A DNA stretch of 64,000 bases from Candidatus Omnitrophota bacterium (GCA_041649115.1 JBAZNT010000007.1:16046-80045), one strand, 5' to 3'. Counted from the stretch's first letter, positions 43,751 to 53,409 are shown. Notes: a model not told the origin generated them from the letters alone. Made by a program: numbers and translations.

Positions 43751-44731
43751 TCAAGCGTTTATTGATTTTTTATAGAAAACCAGGCAGGAATGGCGCTTTG
43801 CGAACGATAGGCCCCTTGGCAGGTCAAGGACGGAATTGACCGGACGATTAAAAACGAGGTCCTCCATATCCGAGATGTGCTTAAAGGTGAGCCTGCGGGT
43901 GTCGCCGTTTAAACGCTGAATGTATAAACGCAGAGTCAACCTCTGCAAAGACACGGGCAACCTCAGGAATTTCTTGATATTAATCCTTCTGGTATTGGCG
44001 CCTGCTTTTTTGCAGGCCGCCGACCAGAGATAATCATAATCATATGCTGCGCTCGCCGCCAGATTGGCCAATGCCTCCTTGATGTTGCGGTTATAGCCTT
44101 TCTCAAGCAACGGCATGAGCCTGCCCCGTATCCTGTTGCGGAAATAGATATCCTCGGAATTAGAAGGGTCCGTAAGCGTCCTGATTTTCTTTTTCTTAAG
44201 ATATCCCTCAATCTCAAAACGCCTGAGCCCGAGCAGGGGGCGTATAATGGTGAATCCCGCGATTTCCCTTTTCGGCAATATCGCCGAAAGCCCGTATAAG
44301 CCGGTGCCCCTTATAATACGCATCAAGACCGTTTCTGCCTGGTCATCGAGGGTGTGGCCGAGAGCGATTTTTCTGGCCTTGATATCCCTGGCTACCCCGA
44401 ATAAAAATCCGAGGCGCGCCTTACGGCCTATTTCTTCTACCGAACCGCTTTTTGCCAGTCCGCCTACGTTTATCCGGCCGCAGGTAAACGGCAATCCGAG
44501 TTTAAGCGCCAGTTTCTCTACAAATGCGCTGTCCTCATGGGAATCCTTCCTGAGCATGTGGTCAAGGTGGGCAATGTGAATGGCAATCTTCCATTCCTTG
44601 CTCAGATGGCTTAAGATATAAAGCATTGCTACGGAATCCGGTCCTCCGGAAACCCCCAACACTACTTTATCGCCCTTGCTCAGGAGACGTTGTCTCCTGA
44701 CAGCGTCCCTTACCCTCTCTAGCATCGTCAT
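43751..44731 (-). CDS. tilS: tRNA(Ile)-lysidine synthetase (short form)
   Basis: PP-loop GVSGGPDS; 326 aa. Confidence 0.88.
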   Translation of the reverse strand: MTMLERVRDAVRRQRLLSKGDKVVLGVSGGPDSVAMLYILSHLSKEWKIAIHIAHLDHMLRKDSHEDSAFVEKLALKLGLPFTCGRINVGGLAKSGSVEEIGRKARLGFLFGVARDIKARKIALGHTLDDQAETVLMRIIRGTGLYGLSAILPKREIAGFTIIRPLLGLRRFEIEGYLKKKKIRTLTDPSNSEDIYFRNRIRGRLMPLLEKGYNRNIKEALANLAASAAYDYDYLWSAACKKAGANTRRINIKKFLRLPVSLQRLTLRLYIQRLNGDTRRLTFKHISDMEDLVFNRPVNSVLDLPRGLSFAKRHSCLVFYKKSINA

Positions 44732-44742
44732 GTCAATTAAGG

Positions 44743-45288
44743 TTACTGAGGATTGGATGCGCCGGCCTCTTCGCTCTCTCCGAAATACTCCTGGATTCTT
44801 GGACGGCTAAGATAATAAATAATCGCTGAATTCCACGCAATCTGAAACGCTACCATAAAACCAAGCACTACCGGCAGGGCCTTATCGCCGGCCTCCTTTA
44901 TCTTGCGGTATTCCTCCAGGGCCTGCTCCTGATACTGCGGCTTATACCTTTCGCGTATCAGCTGTTCATTCTTTTCAAATGCCTGCTGGTTTTTCGCCTT
45001 CAGAGGAGCTAATCTAAAATTAGCCAGGGCCAAGGCGATATTCGCCAGGCATAGGATAATCGCCAATTTTCTTGCCCAGGCCCTGAGTCTCAGGAGGAAG
45101 ACTCCACAGGCAATGCCGGCAATGGCAAGCATGCCGGTCAAGAGAAACATCAAAGATGCCCGGAATTCCATACGCAGAAAATGGGGGTAATCCTTGGCAT
45201 TGACTAGAATGCCGGAGAATCCAAATGCCCCTGCGACAATAAAGAACCACCCCAATACGCTCACCCCCAAAGGTCTCTTGCCTTCCAT
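44743..45288 (-). CDS. hypothetical membrane protein
   Basis: 181 aa. About four TM helices with a charged helical loop. No recognisable family. Confidence 0.5.
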   Translation of the reverse strand: MEGKRPLGVSVLGWFFIVAGAFGFSGILVNAKDYPHFLRMEFRASLMFLLTGMLAIAGIACGVFLLRLRAWARKLAIILCLANIALALANFRLAPLKAKNQQAFEKNEQLIRERYKPQYQEQALEEYRKIKEAGDKALPVVLGFMVAFQIAWNSAIIYYLSRPRIQEYFGESEEAGASNPQ

Positions 45289-45431
45289 GCTTTACTTCCC
45301 CTTTTTATTTGTGTGTAAACATGACAATAATGCCGCCCACGGTAAACCCGGCTTATCTTGCCTGTCTCTTGTCTTGGGATATTATATATTAATAGCGCTG
45401 CCGGCACAACTTTTTTCGCTTGCATCATATC

Positions 45432-45460
45432 TTGACAATTACCGATAAGTGTATTAATAT
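45432..45460 (+). promoter_or_regulatory. sigma70-type promoter of the thi4 leader
   Basis: TTGACA-N17-TAATAT, directly upstream of the TPP riboswitch. Confidence 0.7.
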
Positions 45461-45464
45461 TACT

Positions 45465-45562
45465 TCAGGCAACGGGGAGGCAATATACGGCCTGAGAGTT
45501 CTGCTTTAAGAGCAGATGACCCGCAGAACCTGACCTGGATAATGCCAGCGTAGGGAGAGAAA
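45465..45562 (+). ncRNA. TPP (THI-box) riboswitch
   Basis: Contains GGGGAGG...CCTGAGAG...ACCCGCAGAACCTGACCTGGATAATGCCAGCGTAGGGAG, which matches the THI-box core CUGAGA / ACCUGAUCUGGAUAAUGCCAGCG. Confidence 0.9.
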
Positions 45563-45576
45563 CATCATTAACAATA

Positions 45577-45609
45577 CCCCTGTTGCTCTAAGACAGGGGT
45601 TTTTATTTA
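45577..45609 (+). terminator. riboswitch expression-platform terminator
   Basis: Stem CCCCTGT / ACAGGGG followed by TTTTTATTT, 12 nt before the thi4 SD/ATG. Confidence 0.75.
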
Positions 45610-45621
45610 AAAGGAGGGCAA

Positions 45622-46395
45622 ATGGCTCTGGATGAAATAAAAGTATCGCGGGCAATACTGGAGAGGTATTCCGCAAAACTTAACGATTACCTTGAGGCAG
45701 ACGTGGCAATCGTGGGCGCCGGGCCTTCGGGCATGTGTTGCGCTTACTATTTAGCCAAAAAGAATAAGAAGGTCGCCATCTTCGAAAGGAAGCTGTCGGT
45801 AGGCGGGGGGATGTGGGGCGGCGGGATGATGTTCAACGAAATAGTAGTGCAGCGGGAGGCGAAAAAGATATTGGATGAATTCGGGATCAGAAGCGAACTC
45901 TACGATAAAAACTACTATCTGGCCGACTCCGTAGAGTCCGTCGCCACATTATGCTCAAAGACCGTCCAGGCGGGGGCCAGGATATTCAACTTGATAAGCG
46001 CCGAAGACGTAATGGTCAGGGATAAACGGGTGTGCGGGCTGGTTCTCAACTGGTCGGCAGTGGAAATCGCCAACCTCCACGTAGACCCTATCACCATGAG
46101 GTCCAAATACGTGGTTGATGCCACCGGCCATGCCGCGGAGGTAGTGCGTATCGTAGAGAGCAAATCCGGCATAAGGCTCGCAACCCCTTCAGGAAAAATC
46201 CTGGGAGAAGGCTCGATGTGGGCGCAGGAAGCCGAAGATATTATAGTAAAAAACTCCAGGGAGGCCTGCGCCGGCCTGTATGTCTGCGGGATGTGCGCCA
46301 ACGCGGTATTCGGGGCGCCCCGGATGGGTCCGGTATTCGGCGGGATGCTTCTATCGGGCAAAAAAGTGGCCGAGGAACTGCTTAAAAGGATATAA
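45622..46395 (+). CDS. thi4: thiazole synthase Thi4 (archaeal/eukaryotic type)
   Basis: 257 aa. FAD/NAD fold motif VGAGPSG. The DATGHAAEV segment has Thr where the yeast suicide enzyme has its donor Cys. Confidence 0.85.
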   Translation: MALDEIKVSRAILERYSAKLNDYLEADVAIVGAGPSGMCCAYYLAKKNKKVAIFERKLSVGGGMWGGGMMFNEIVVQREAKKILDEFGIRSELYDKNYYLADSVESVATLCSKTVQAGARIFNLISAEDVMVRDKRVCGLVLNWSAVEIANLHVDPITMRSKYVVDATGHAAEVVRIVESKSGIRLATPSGKILGEGSMWAQEAEDIIVKNSREACAGLYVCGMCANAVFGAPRMGPVFGGMLLSGKKVAEELLKRI

Positions 46396-46412
46396 CTATA
46401 ATATAGCGGGCA

Positions 46413-46439
46413 GAGGCGCCCAAACGGAAAGGGCGCCTC
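46413..46439 (+). terminator. hairpin between convergent thi4 and permease genes
   Basis: 9-bp GC stem GAGGCGCCC / GGGCGCCTC. The T-tract is weak, and the hairpin overlaps the permease stop codon. Confidence 0.4.
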
Positions 46440-47406
46440 ATTTAAGAATAAAATTGAATAAATAACCCGTAAAGATAATACCGCTTCCCACGACCCCTGC
46501 GAAGATAAGCAGGAGTTTAGCCTTCATTACTTTTTTCAAAATCATAAATTCAGGCAACGACAATCCCGTTACCGCCATCATGAATGCGAGGGCCGTACCG
46601 ATGCTGATGCCTTTTTCAGTCAAGGCGCTTACCAAGGGGATAACTCCGGCGGCATTGGAATAAAGCGGGATGCCTACCAGCGTAGCCAATGGCACTGCAT
46701 ACCATTTGTCACCTCCGGCGTACCTTAGAAGGAAATCGGAAGGGATATAACCGTGTATCCAGGCCCCGGCTGCTATGCCGATGATTACATACAACCATAC
46801 CTTACTGATAACAAAAACGGTGTATGCCCTGGCATACCTGAACCTCTCCATGCGGGTCATCCTGAAATTAGAAATAGCCGCGCTTGCCGGGGCCTTAAAG
46901 ACGCTATTGCTCAAAAGACCCTCTGTATTTAGCCGACCGATGATTATCCCCGAAAACACGGCAATCACGAGCCCGCTCCCGGCATAGATTAAGGCTGTCT
47001 TTAACCCGAACATTCCCAAAAGCAAGACTACGGCGACCTCATTTACCATAGGCGAAGAAACCAGGAAAGAAAAGGTGACCCCTGCCGGGACGCCTGCTTC
47101 CAAAAATCCCAAAAAAAGCGGGATAGCGCTACAGGTGCAAAAAGGCGTGATAATGCCGAAGATGGCTGCCAGGATATTGCCGCCATACCTATTTCTATGG
47201 GAGAGTATGCCTTTTATCTTTTCGGCAGGCATGAACGAACGCAAAAACGAAACCGCGAAGATTATTACCGCCAGAAGCAAAAATATTTTTACGGTATCAA
47301 AAATGAAAAAATTTACCGCTTCTGCAAAAAGGGTTTGCCGGGGCATAGAAAATACCCGATAAGTCAGCCAATCAGCTAATATTTTGACGGGGTAGAAGAT
47401 ATCCAT
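46438..47406 (-). CDS. predicted permease (DUF318/YraQ-ArsP-like)
   Basis: 322-aa polytopic protein with the conserved TPFCTCSAIP motif. Confidence 0.65.
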   Translation of the reverse strand: MDIFYPVKILADWLTYRVFSMPRQTLFAEAVNFFIFDTVKIFLLLAVIIFAVSFLRSFMPAEKIKGILSHRNRYGGNILAAIFGIITPFCTCSAIPLFLGFLEAGVPAGVTFSFLVSSPMVNEVAVVLLLGMFGLKTALIYAGSGLVIAVFSGIIIGRLNTEGLLSNSVFKAPASAAISNFRMTRMERFRYARAYTVFVISKVWLYVIIGIAAGAWIHGYIPSDFLLRYAGGDKWYAVPLATLVGIPLYSNAAGVIPLVSALTEKGISIGTALAFMMAVTGLSLPEFMILKKVMKAKLLLIFAGVVGSGIIFTGYLFNFILK

Positions 47407-47466
47407 TTTAGGGGCGTTAAAAACTATAGGTTAAGGCGGGCTCCATGCTCAGAAAGCGGCCAGAGA

Positions 47467-47772
47467 TCAGGGATAATATACCCGGCGATAATACCTAAAG
47501 ACAGAATCAATGGAATCGGAAAGTGCCGCTCCCAGCAGATAGGAAGCGATGAGGACCGCGATGGTTACAACAATCTTGCTTCTGGATGATAATTGCGGAT
47601 TAAACCAAAGCAGCGGCAATGCCAAAGGGCCAAAGCATACAAAAGCAAGCAACAAGGCGGAAGTCTTAAAATACCATTTCCCTCCGCTTCTCTTATCAGG
47701 TATGCCGCCGCAATATCCGCATTTAACGGCATCGTCCTGGATATCCTCTTTGCAAAAGGGGCACTTTCCCAT
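47467..47772 (-). CDS. zinc-ribbon membrane protein
   Basis: 101 aa. A CPFC...CGYC ribbon followed by two TM helices. Confidence 0.5.
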   Translation of the reverse strand: MGKCPFCKEDIQDDAVKCGYCGGIPDKRSGGKWYFKTSALLLAFVCFGPLALPLLWFNPQLSSRSKIVVTIAVLIASYLLGAALSDSIDSVFRYYRRVYYP

Positions 47773-47798
47773 GTCTTTTTTATAATTCGGCTATGCCG

Positions 47799-48392
47799 TT
47801 AAAAAAGGAATGAAATCCCGCCTATGACAAAATCGCTGTCTATGCCTCCGTTGGGAAGCTTGATATCGCAATTGGAGAGGTGGCGGTAACGATATTCCAG
47901 GGTAAGCGCGGCATTCTTCCTGAAAAAATAATGCATCCCTGCTCCGATGCACTCGTTAAAATTAAACTGCGTCCCCTCTTCCAGGGTATGCTGGCTCATA
48001 TAAAGAAAACCCGCCCCTCCTTTAATATAAGGCTGCAAGGTCCAGCCTTCCGGGAAAAGCCCTATCTTAATCAAAAAGTTATTGCCCACCTCCACGTTTT
48101 TATCGGGGCCGGTGACATAGGAGAAAAACGGCTCTATTATAAATTGCAGCAGGCCGGGGAAATGGATATTCTTCCTGGCAAGCAGGGGTTTTAATCTGAA
48201 ATCAAAATCAGCGAAAAACGGAACTACCCGGTAGTCTTTTTTCAACCTTAAGTCCCCCGCGCCATAACCCGAAAGGAACTCCACCCCTTCAAGGCTGAAG
48301 GGCCTTGCCTCTTCTCCCCAGCAACTGGCAGATACCAAAAAGACAAAGAAGATAAAACATGCCACCCCCGGGAGCCTAATGCGCCTCCGCAT
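47799..48392 (-). CDS. outer-membrane beta-barrel, lipid A deacylase (PagL)-like
   Basis: Signal peptide, alternating beta-strand pattern, HLSN motif near the C-terminus, and a terminal F. Confidence 0.55.
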   Translation of the reverse strand: MRRRIRLPGVACFIFFVFLVSASCWGEEARPFSLEGVEFLSGYGAGDLRLKKDYRVVPFFADFDFRLKPLLARKNIHFPGLLQFIIEPFFSYVTGPDKNVEVGNNFLIKIGLFPEGWTLQPYIKGGAGFLYMSQHTLEEGTQFNFNECIGAGMHYFFRKNAALTLEYRYRHLSNCDIKLPNGGIDSDFVIGGISFLF

Positions 48393-48437
48393 ACCATCCG
48401 CCTCCTATTCTATAAGTAAAACGCCCTGCGGCATAAG

Positions 48438-48899
48438 TCAGGCCTGTTTATCCGTACCGTAGATATCTAAAAGCTGCAGCCTCGTCGCTTCCAGGCGCTG
48501 GGCAAAAACATTAACCAGCCTTTTTAAAAACTCATATCCTAAATCGGGGTTTTTTTCGCATTTCTCTCTCAGGCACTTGCCGTTTAAGGCAAGGGCCCGC
48601 ACGCTCTCTACTGCCTTGGCGCTGAAGCGGTAACGATGAGGAGGAATAAGCCAGGACCACCCCAGTATGTCGCCTTCGTGGATAGTCTGGATTGTGATTT
48701 CGCGCGGCTGCTCGATATAAATAGCGACGTTACCGCTACGGATAAGATAGAATTTATCCGCCGCCTCTGCTTCTTTTAAAATAACCTCTCCTGGCTTAAA
48801 GACAACGTGGGAAGTGCAGCCTATTATAAAATCGAGATACTTGGAAGGCAGGCCCTTAAAAAACGAATGCCCTTTTAAGATAGGTTCGAGGGTTTGCAT
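48438..48899 (-). CDS. cyclic-nucleotide-binding-domain protein (no output domain)
   Basis: 153 aa. CAP_ED-like FFKGL...GDILGW...RFSAKA pattern. No HTH. Confidence 0.65.
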   Translation of the reverse strand: MQTLEPILKGHSFFKGLPSKYLDFIIGCTSHVVFKPGEVILKEAEAADKFYLIRSGNVAIYIEQPREITIQTIHEGDILGWSWLIPPHRYRFSAKAVESVRALALNGKCLREKCEKNPDLGYEFLKRLVNVFAQRLEATRLQLLDIYGTDKQA

Positions 48900-48989
48900 A
48901 TCTTCCCTCCTTTTTTCCGGAGCTTCTCTCTATTTAATATTTAATGCTAATGGCGACCGGCGGCGTAAGAGAAATATTTCTTCCTAAAG

Positions 48990-49063
48990 TGGCGGAGAGA
49001 GGATTTAAACCTCCGACCAAGCGGGTATGAGCCGCGTGCTCTATCAGGCTGAGCTACTCCGCC
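48990..49063 (-). tRNA. tRNA with CAT anticodon (elongator Met or lysidine-dependent Ile2)
   Basis: The reverse complement is GGCGGAGTAGCTCAGCCTGATAGAGCACGCGGCTCATACCCGCTTGGTCGGAGGTTTAAATCCTCTCTCCGCCA. G1:C72 rules out an initiator. The anticodon arm and variable region resemble tRNA-Ile2. Confidence 0.8.
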
Positions 49064-49157
49064 GTCGCTCGTTATTGCCCCAAAATAACCAAACAAAGAA
49101 CCGGCCAATGGCATCCTGCTTCTGCGGCCCGAGAAAACTACTGCCGCTTATCGGCCT

Positions 49158-50177
49158 CTATTTATTAAGAACCTCAATTAACAAGTGGGCGCTATCGCTA
49201 TACCCCTGGCTGTCGGTTACCGTCAGGGTGACCGCAAAATGCCTGGGGTAATAGGAACCGCTGTAATATGTATTAACGGGATTGGGATTATCAGAGGTAT
49301 CCCCGTCACCAAAATCCCACCGGTAAGACACTATCTTTGCCTTCCTGCTGTAAGACTTTGAACCGTAGAAACGCACCCTTAAGGGAGAATAACCCTTCAT
49401 CGGCTTGGCGATAATAACCGCTTTAGGTTGCGATACCGCCTTTGGGCGCTCCTTGGCCTTTTCTTTCGCCGGTGCGGCAGCGGCTGCTGCCTCTGGCCGG
49501 GACTCGTCCGGAGGTTGCGCAGGCTCCACGGCCGGGATGGAATCCTGGACGGGGGCCGTCTCAAAATCAGATGCTGCCTGGCTCTCTGCAGGCGGCTCTG
49601 CTACGGGAAGCTCCAGACCTGGCTCTGCCGCAGAAACATCCTCGCTATCTTTCAGGGCAGGGGCAGCCGGCGCTGCCGGGGCATCCTCTCCGACCGGAAC
49701 TTCGCAAGATAAATCCTTCTGGATATAAGCAGCCAGTTGCTCTTTGAGCAAAGCAATGCGCATCGCTTCTTTTTCATCCTGTTCCCGCTCCATCCTGTCT
49801 ATTTTTTCGCGGTACTTTGGATTATGTCCGTAACGGTAATCCGAGACGGCAACGCAGGGAAGTTTTAGCATCCCGCCCAAAAATTTCAGCCCCATCACCG
49901 CAGGGTCAACAAAGGTAGCCTTGAAACGGTTCTGGATCTCCCCTATCTTCTTGTAATAATGCTCTACCGTGCGGCGGCGTCTTTTAAAGCGGCTCCTGGC
50001 TACCTCAAGGTCAGCGGGGACGCTGCTGTCGTTTCCGGCAGTATATTCCAACAGGGTGCGCCCGCCGCGGGAAACCACATACCCCTTATCGTAGGGCTTC
50101 TCGCCGTGCTGGAATTTATAGGTTGCGCAACCTCCCAAGAACACCGCCAAGACCAAAAATGTAATAATCTTTCTCAT
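49158..50177 (-). CDS. lipoprotein with Pro/Ala/Glu-rich linker and C-terminal PKD domain
   Basis: Lipobox LGGC and a low-complexity PAAPA/EP linker. The PKD-like segment contains WDFGDG...TLTVTD. Confidence 0.7.
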   Translation of the reverse strand: MRKIITFLVLAVFLGGCATYKFQHGEKPYDKGYVVSRGGRTLLEYTAGNDSSVPADLEVARSRFKRRRRTVEHYYKKIGEIQNRFKATFVDPAVMGLKFLGGMLKLPCVAVSDYRYGHNPKYREKIDRMEREQDEKEAMRIALLKEQLAAYIQKDLSCEVPVGEDAPAAPAAPALKDSEDVSAAEPGLELPVAEPPAESQAASDFETAPVQDSIPAVEPAQPPDESRPEAAAAAAPAKEKAKERPKAVSQPKAVIIAKPMKGYSPLRVRFYGSKSYSRKAKIVSYRWDFGDGDTSDNPNPVNTYYSGSYYPRHFAVTLTVTDSQGYSDSAHLLIEVLNK

Positions 50178-50260
50178 TTTATTTTTTTAACGCTGACTGC
50201 CTGTTTTTAATTATTAATACATTACAACAGAAAACCTGAGCGGTCAAGAAATAAACTTAC

Positions 50261-50401
50261 CTAATATTTGGCCTCGGGCACCTTCAGCCCGAACTCCACC
50301 TTTTGTTTAAAAAAAGGCTCCATCACCGGAGCCATGAAGTATTTATAGAAAAGGTATGCCCCTGCCGCAATCAGCGCCAGGACAACTATCCTCTTTATCA
50401 T
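50261..50401 (-). CDS. possible 46-aa small membrane protein
   Basis: MIKRIVVLALIAAGAYLFYKYFMAPVMEPFFKQKVEFGLKVPEAKY. One TM helix. A GGAGGAG sequence lies immediately upstream, but the spacing is short. Confidence 0.3.
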   Translation of the reverse strand: MIKRIVVLALIAAGAYLFYKYFMAPVMEPFFKQKVEFGLKVPEAKY

Positions 50402-50446
50402 CTCCTCCGTCCTTTCTTTGAAGTATCGCGCCTTTGGATAACGGGG

Positions 50447-50857
50447 TCATCTTAGGATGCGGCGAATAAAAAGTATAAAACCAACTGCCAAGGCGTTAAA
50501 ACAAGCAATCAATACCACGCCTGCGGCGATGTCCTTTACAAGCTTGACCAGGGGGTGGTATTTACGAGTAGACATATCGAGCATCAACTCAATGGCGGTA
50601 TTGAAGATCTCGGCCATAAACACCAAGGTAATACTGATGCAGAGCGCTGCCAACTCCAGCCCCTGCAATCTGAATGCCACCCCCAGGAGCATCGCTGCCG
50701 CACCGCCGATGAAAATGATGCGCATATTGCGGTGACACAAAAAAAGATATGTTATCCCCTTGGTGGCAAGCCTGGCGCTTTCATATAGGCCGTGGAAACG
50801 GAATATATGCCTTAGCCTGCGCAGGCGCCTGCGCCTTTTATTTTTTTCTGTAGGCAT
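50447..50857 (-). CDS. dgkA: diacylglycerol kinase (prokaryotic DgkA family)
   Basis: 136 aa. Three TM helices and an EIFNTAIE motif. The start overlaps the acsE stop by 20 nt. Confidence 0.85.
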   Translation of the reverse strand: MPTEKNKRRRRLRRLRHIFRFHGLYESARLATKGITYLFLCHRNMRIIFIGGAAAMLLGVAFRLQGLELAALCISITLVFMAEIFNTAIELMLDMSTRKYHPLVKLVKDIAAGVVLIACFNALAVGFILFIRRILR

Positions 50858-51626
50858 CTAAATAAGAATCGCAGTATATCTGTTTGTTTAAAACGAGCTC
50901 CGCGCTAATCAAGGCATCCATAAGCTCTTTATCCTTGGGGTCAAGTATGGCAGCATCCAAGCCAAAGGCCGTTGCCATAACCAGAAAGGTGCGGTTGATA
51001 AGTCCGCGGCGGGAGGCCCCCTGGGAAACATTGCTTAAGCCGATTACCGTCTTGGGGGAAGGCTCGGATATAATCTTAAACTCGCGGATAACCTCCAGTA
51101 TCTGCCTAAGCTGCGACTGGGCTACATTAATCGGCATGATAATGGGGTCGAGATAAAGATCCTCGGCAGAAAACCCCTGTTCAGCGCAGGAAGCCACAAT
51201 CTCCGCTGCCAATTCCAGCCTCTGGTCCTTGCTCTGCGGGATCCCCTTGCTACTGATAGCCAGGCCGATAAGCTTGGCATTGTATTTTTTTGCAAGCGGG
51301 ACCAGTTTATCTAATTTCTCTTTATCGGCAGTAGTGGAATTAATGATGACTTTATTTCTGGAGGACTCCAGTCCCGAGAGAATCACCTCGGGCTTGCTGG
51401 AATCCAATGCCAGCGGGGCATCAGTCACTTCCTGGATAGTCTCTACCAGCCAACGGATATCGCTGGCAGGCTGCCTGGAGGCAGGCCCGCAGTTAACATC
51501 CAGGGCATCCGCCCCAGCCTTAAGCTGTTCTAACGCGCAGGCCTGCACCAGCGACTTGTCCTTCGCCTTAATGGCCCTGGCGACATTGGCATACATACCG
51601 TTAATCAATTCTCCTATTATAAACAA
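50838..51626 (-). CDS. acsE: methyltetrahydrofolate:corrinoid/iron-sulfur protein methyltransferase
   Basis: 262-aa pterin-binding TIM barrel. Contains FIIGELING and ALDVNCGP. Confidence 0.85.
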   Translation of the reverse strand: MFIIGELINGMYANVARAIKAKDKSLVQACALEQLKAGADALDVNCGPASRQPASDIRWLVETIQEVTDAPLALDSSKPEVILSGLESSRNKVIINSTTADKEKLDKLVPLAKKYNAKLIGLAISSKGIPQSKDQRLELAAEIVASCAEQGFSAEDLYLDPIIMPINVAQSQLRQILEVIREFKIISEPSPKTVIGLSNVSQGASRRGLINRTFLVMATAFGLDAAILDPKDKELMDALISAELVLNKQIYCDSYLDAYRKK

Positions 51627-52594
51627 CCTTGCCTCCCGAATAACCGTTCTATATAATTGCGGATTTTACCGATAGCCTCAGGGTGGCGCATTACCAACAG
51701 ATCCGCTCCGGCCTGCAATAATGCCGCGGCAGTAACAGCCTCCCAGCCTATCCCGCGCGGCCCCTCTTGGCCCCAGGCCGGGAATTCCGCCATACTCACC
51801 CTTGCCTCTTTCGCCCTCCAGGACTCCTGGCCTACGAAACATATAAAAGGCATCGCCAGGGTCTTATCTCCAGCTAAGGCAGCGAGCCTGGCGCGCTCCA
51901 TAATAGAATATGCGTATTCCAGGCCGTATCCGAGGGCGCCGATAGTAGGGTTGATTACGATACGCTCAAGCGGCAGATTCATATCGGAAATGAGGATATT
52001 GAGCTGCTTGGCGATATTGACGTCGATGGGAGACTCCGCAATAATGCTATGGCCATCCGCCAACACTGCCGCAGCCAGTGTCTTATAATTATCCTGCAGG
52101 GCATCGCCGATAAGGCAGCGCTCTCCCTTGGCTGCCTCGGAACAAGCGGGGAGCAAAGCATTATCCTTGGCGTCATCGCCGCAACCTAAAATAACAAGCG
52201 GGACATCTACCGTCTTAAGCATTTCTTTTACCAGAGAAGCGGAATCCTCCGGTTTTTTATTCCCCAGGTCGGGATGCGCCCCTTGCAGCTTAAGGCAGAT
52301 AAGCTGGGCTCCGTATTCCTCCGTACACTTCTTTGCCCAGCGCAAAGGATCCTTAAGGGCATCGCCGTAAGCCCCAAGCAGACAGGAAGGCCAATCCGAT
52401 GGATAGATATCCCATACCTCAAAGGCAATCACCGGCTTATTCGCAATGCTGCCCTCCCTGAATAAAAAAGGCAAGGCCTCTTCCCCTCCCGCCTTGATTA
52501 CGCTCCTGCGGCTGCCCCCTTCCTGCTTAAGAGCCCCGATAGTTACTGTAGCGACCTTACCTGACCACTTCTCTAGAATTGCCTCATTTTTCAT
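51617..52594 (-). CDS. acsD: corrinoid/iron-sulfur protein small subunit
   Basis: 325 aa. AcsD/CdhD-like N-terminus (WSGKVATVTIG...) with a TIM-barrel pattern. Confidence 0.8.
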   Translation of the reverse strand: MKNEAILEKWSGKVATVTIGALKQEGGSRRSVIKAGGEEALPFLFREGSIANKPVIAFEVWDIYPSDWPSCLLGAYGDALKDPLRWAKKCTEEYGAQLICLKLQGAHPDLGNKKPEDSASLVKEMLKTVDVPLVILGCGDDAKDNALLPACSEAAKGERCLIGDALQDNYKTLAAAVLADGHSIIAESPIDVNIAKQLNILISDMNLPLERIVINPTIGALGYGLEYAYSIMERARLAALAGDKTLAMPFICFVGQESWRAKEARVSMAEFPAWGQEGPRGIGWEAVTAAALLQAGADLLVMRHPEAIGKIRNYIERLFGRQGCL

Positions 52595-52642
52595 GTTTAT
52601 AAATTATACCTTGTACCCCGCCTCAGACCCGGGGGTAGTGGT

Positions 52643-53407
52643 TTATAATATCTTGCCGATAAATCTGCGCATCGCCGAAATTGAAATGGCATTGCCTGCG
52701 AGTTGAGTAAGCGGGGTTCCTTTCAAGCTTAAGGCTGCCAGACGGTTATCCTGCGGCAGATAGCCTAAAAAATCCGCTTCGCCTCTCATAAACTTTTGCC
52801 TGTTGCCAGCTGCGCGGTATCTGTCTTTGAGCAAGGCGCGGTTGATGAGCAAGAGTGTCTTTGCGGAAGCTATCTTTAATTCCTTTGCCAGCTCAATAAT
52901 CCTTTGAGCCGCCCTTAGCCCCACCGGCGTAGGGTCAGAAATAACCAGGAATACGTCAGCGCTGCGGGTGGTGCGGCGCGAAAGATGCTCCAACCCGGCT
53001 TCGTTATCTATAATGACATAATCGTAATCCCGGATGAGGCCGGCCATGATATTGCGCAGCACATTATTCACATAACAGTAGCAACCGGGCCCTTCCGGCC
53101 TGCCCATGGTTAAGATATCAAAACTTCCCGCCTCTTCTATCGCCGTCTGTATCTGGTATTCAATATACCTCTCCTTCGGCATACCCGAAGGGATGCTGGC
53201 GGGGTCTTGGGCAATGCCGTCTAAAATGGAACCTATTGACTTTGCGGGCCTAACCCCCAGCACCTCGGCAAGGTTGGCATTGGGGTCGGCATCTATTGCC
53301 AGCACCGACGCGGATGTTTTAGCCTCGCGTATCAGCCTCACCAACAAAGCGGAAGCGGTGGTTTTACCGCTGCCGCCCTTGCCCGCAACTGCGATTACGC
53401 GCCCCAT
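52643..53407 (-). CDS. cooC: CooC/AcsF-type nickel-insertion ATPase
   Basis: Deviant Walker A GKGGSGKT, and a CxC-like GPGCYC metal motif. Confidence 0.85.
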   Translation of the reverse strand: MGRVIAVAGKGGSGKTTASALLVRLIREAKTSASVLAIDADPNANLAEVLGVRPAKSIGSILDGIAQDPASIPSGMPKERYIEYQIQTAIEEAGSFDILTMGRPEGPGCYCYVNNVLRNIMAGLIRDYDYVIIDNEAGLEHLSRRTTRSADVFLVISDPTPVGLRAAQRIIELAKELKIASAKTLLLINRALLKDRYRAAGNRQKFMRGEADFLGYLPQDNRLAALSLKGTPLTQLAGNAISISAMRRFIGKIL

Positions 53408-53409
53408 CG

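Noticed and set aside
49405-49747. Three overlapping plus-strand ORFs (94-107 aa) rich in Ala/Gly/Arg.
   Set aside because: They lie antisense to the Pro/Ala/Glu low-complexity linker of the PKD lipoprotein, so they are a compositional artefact.
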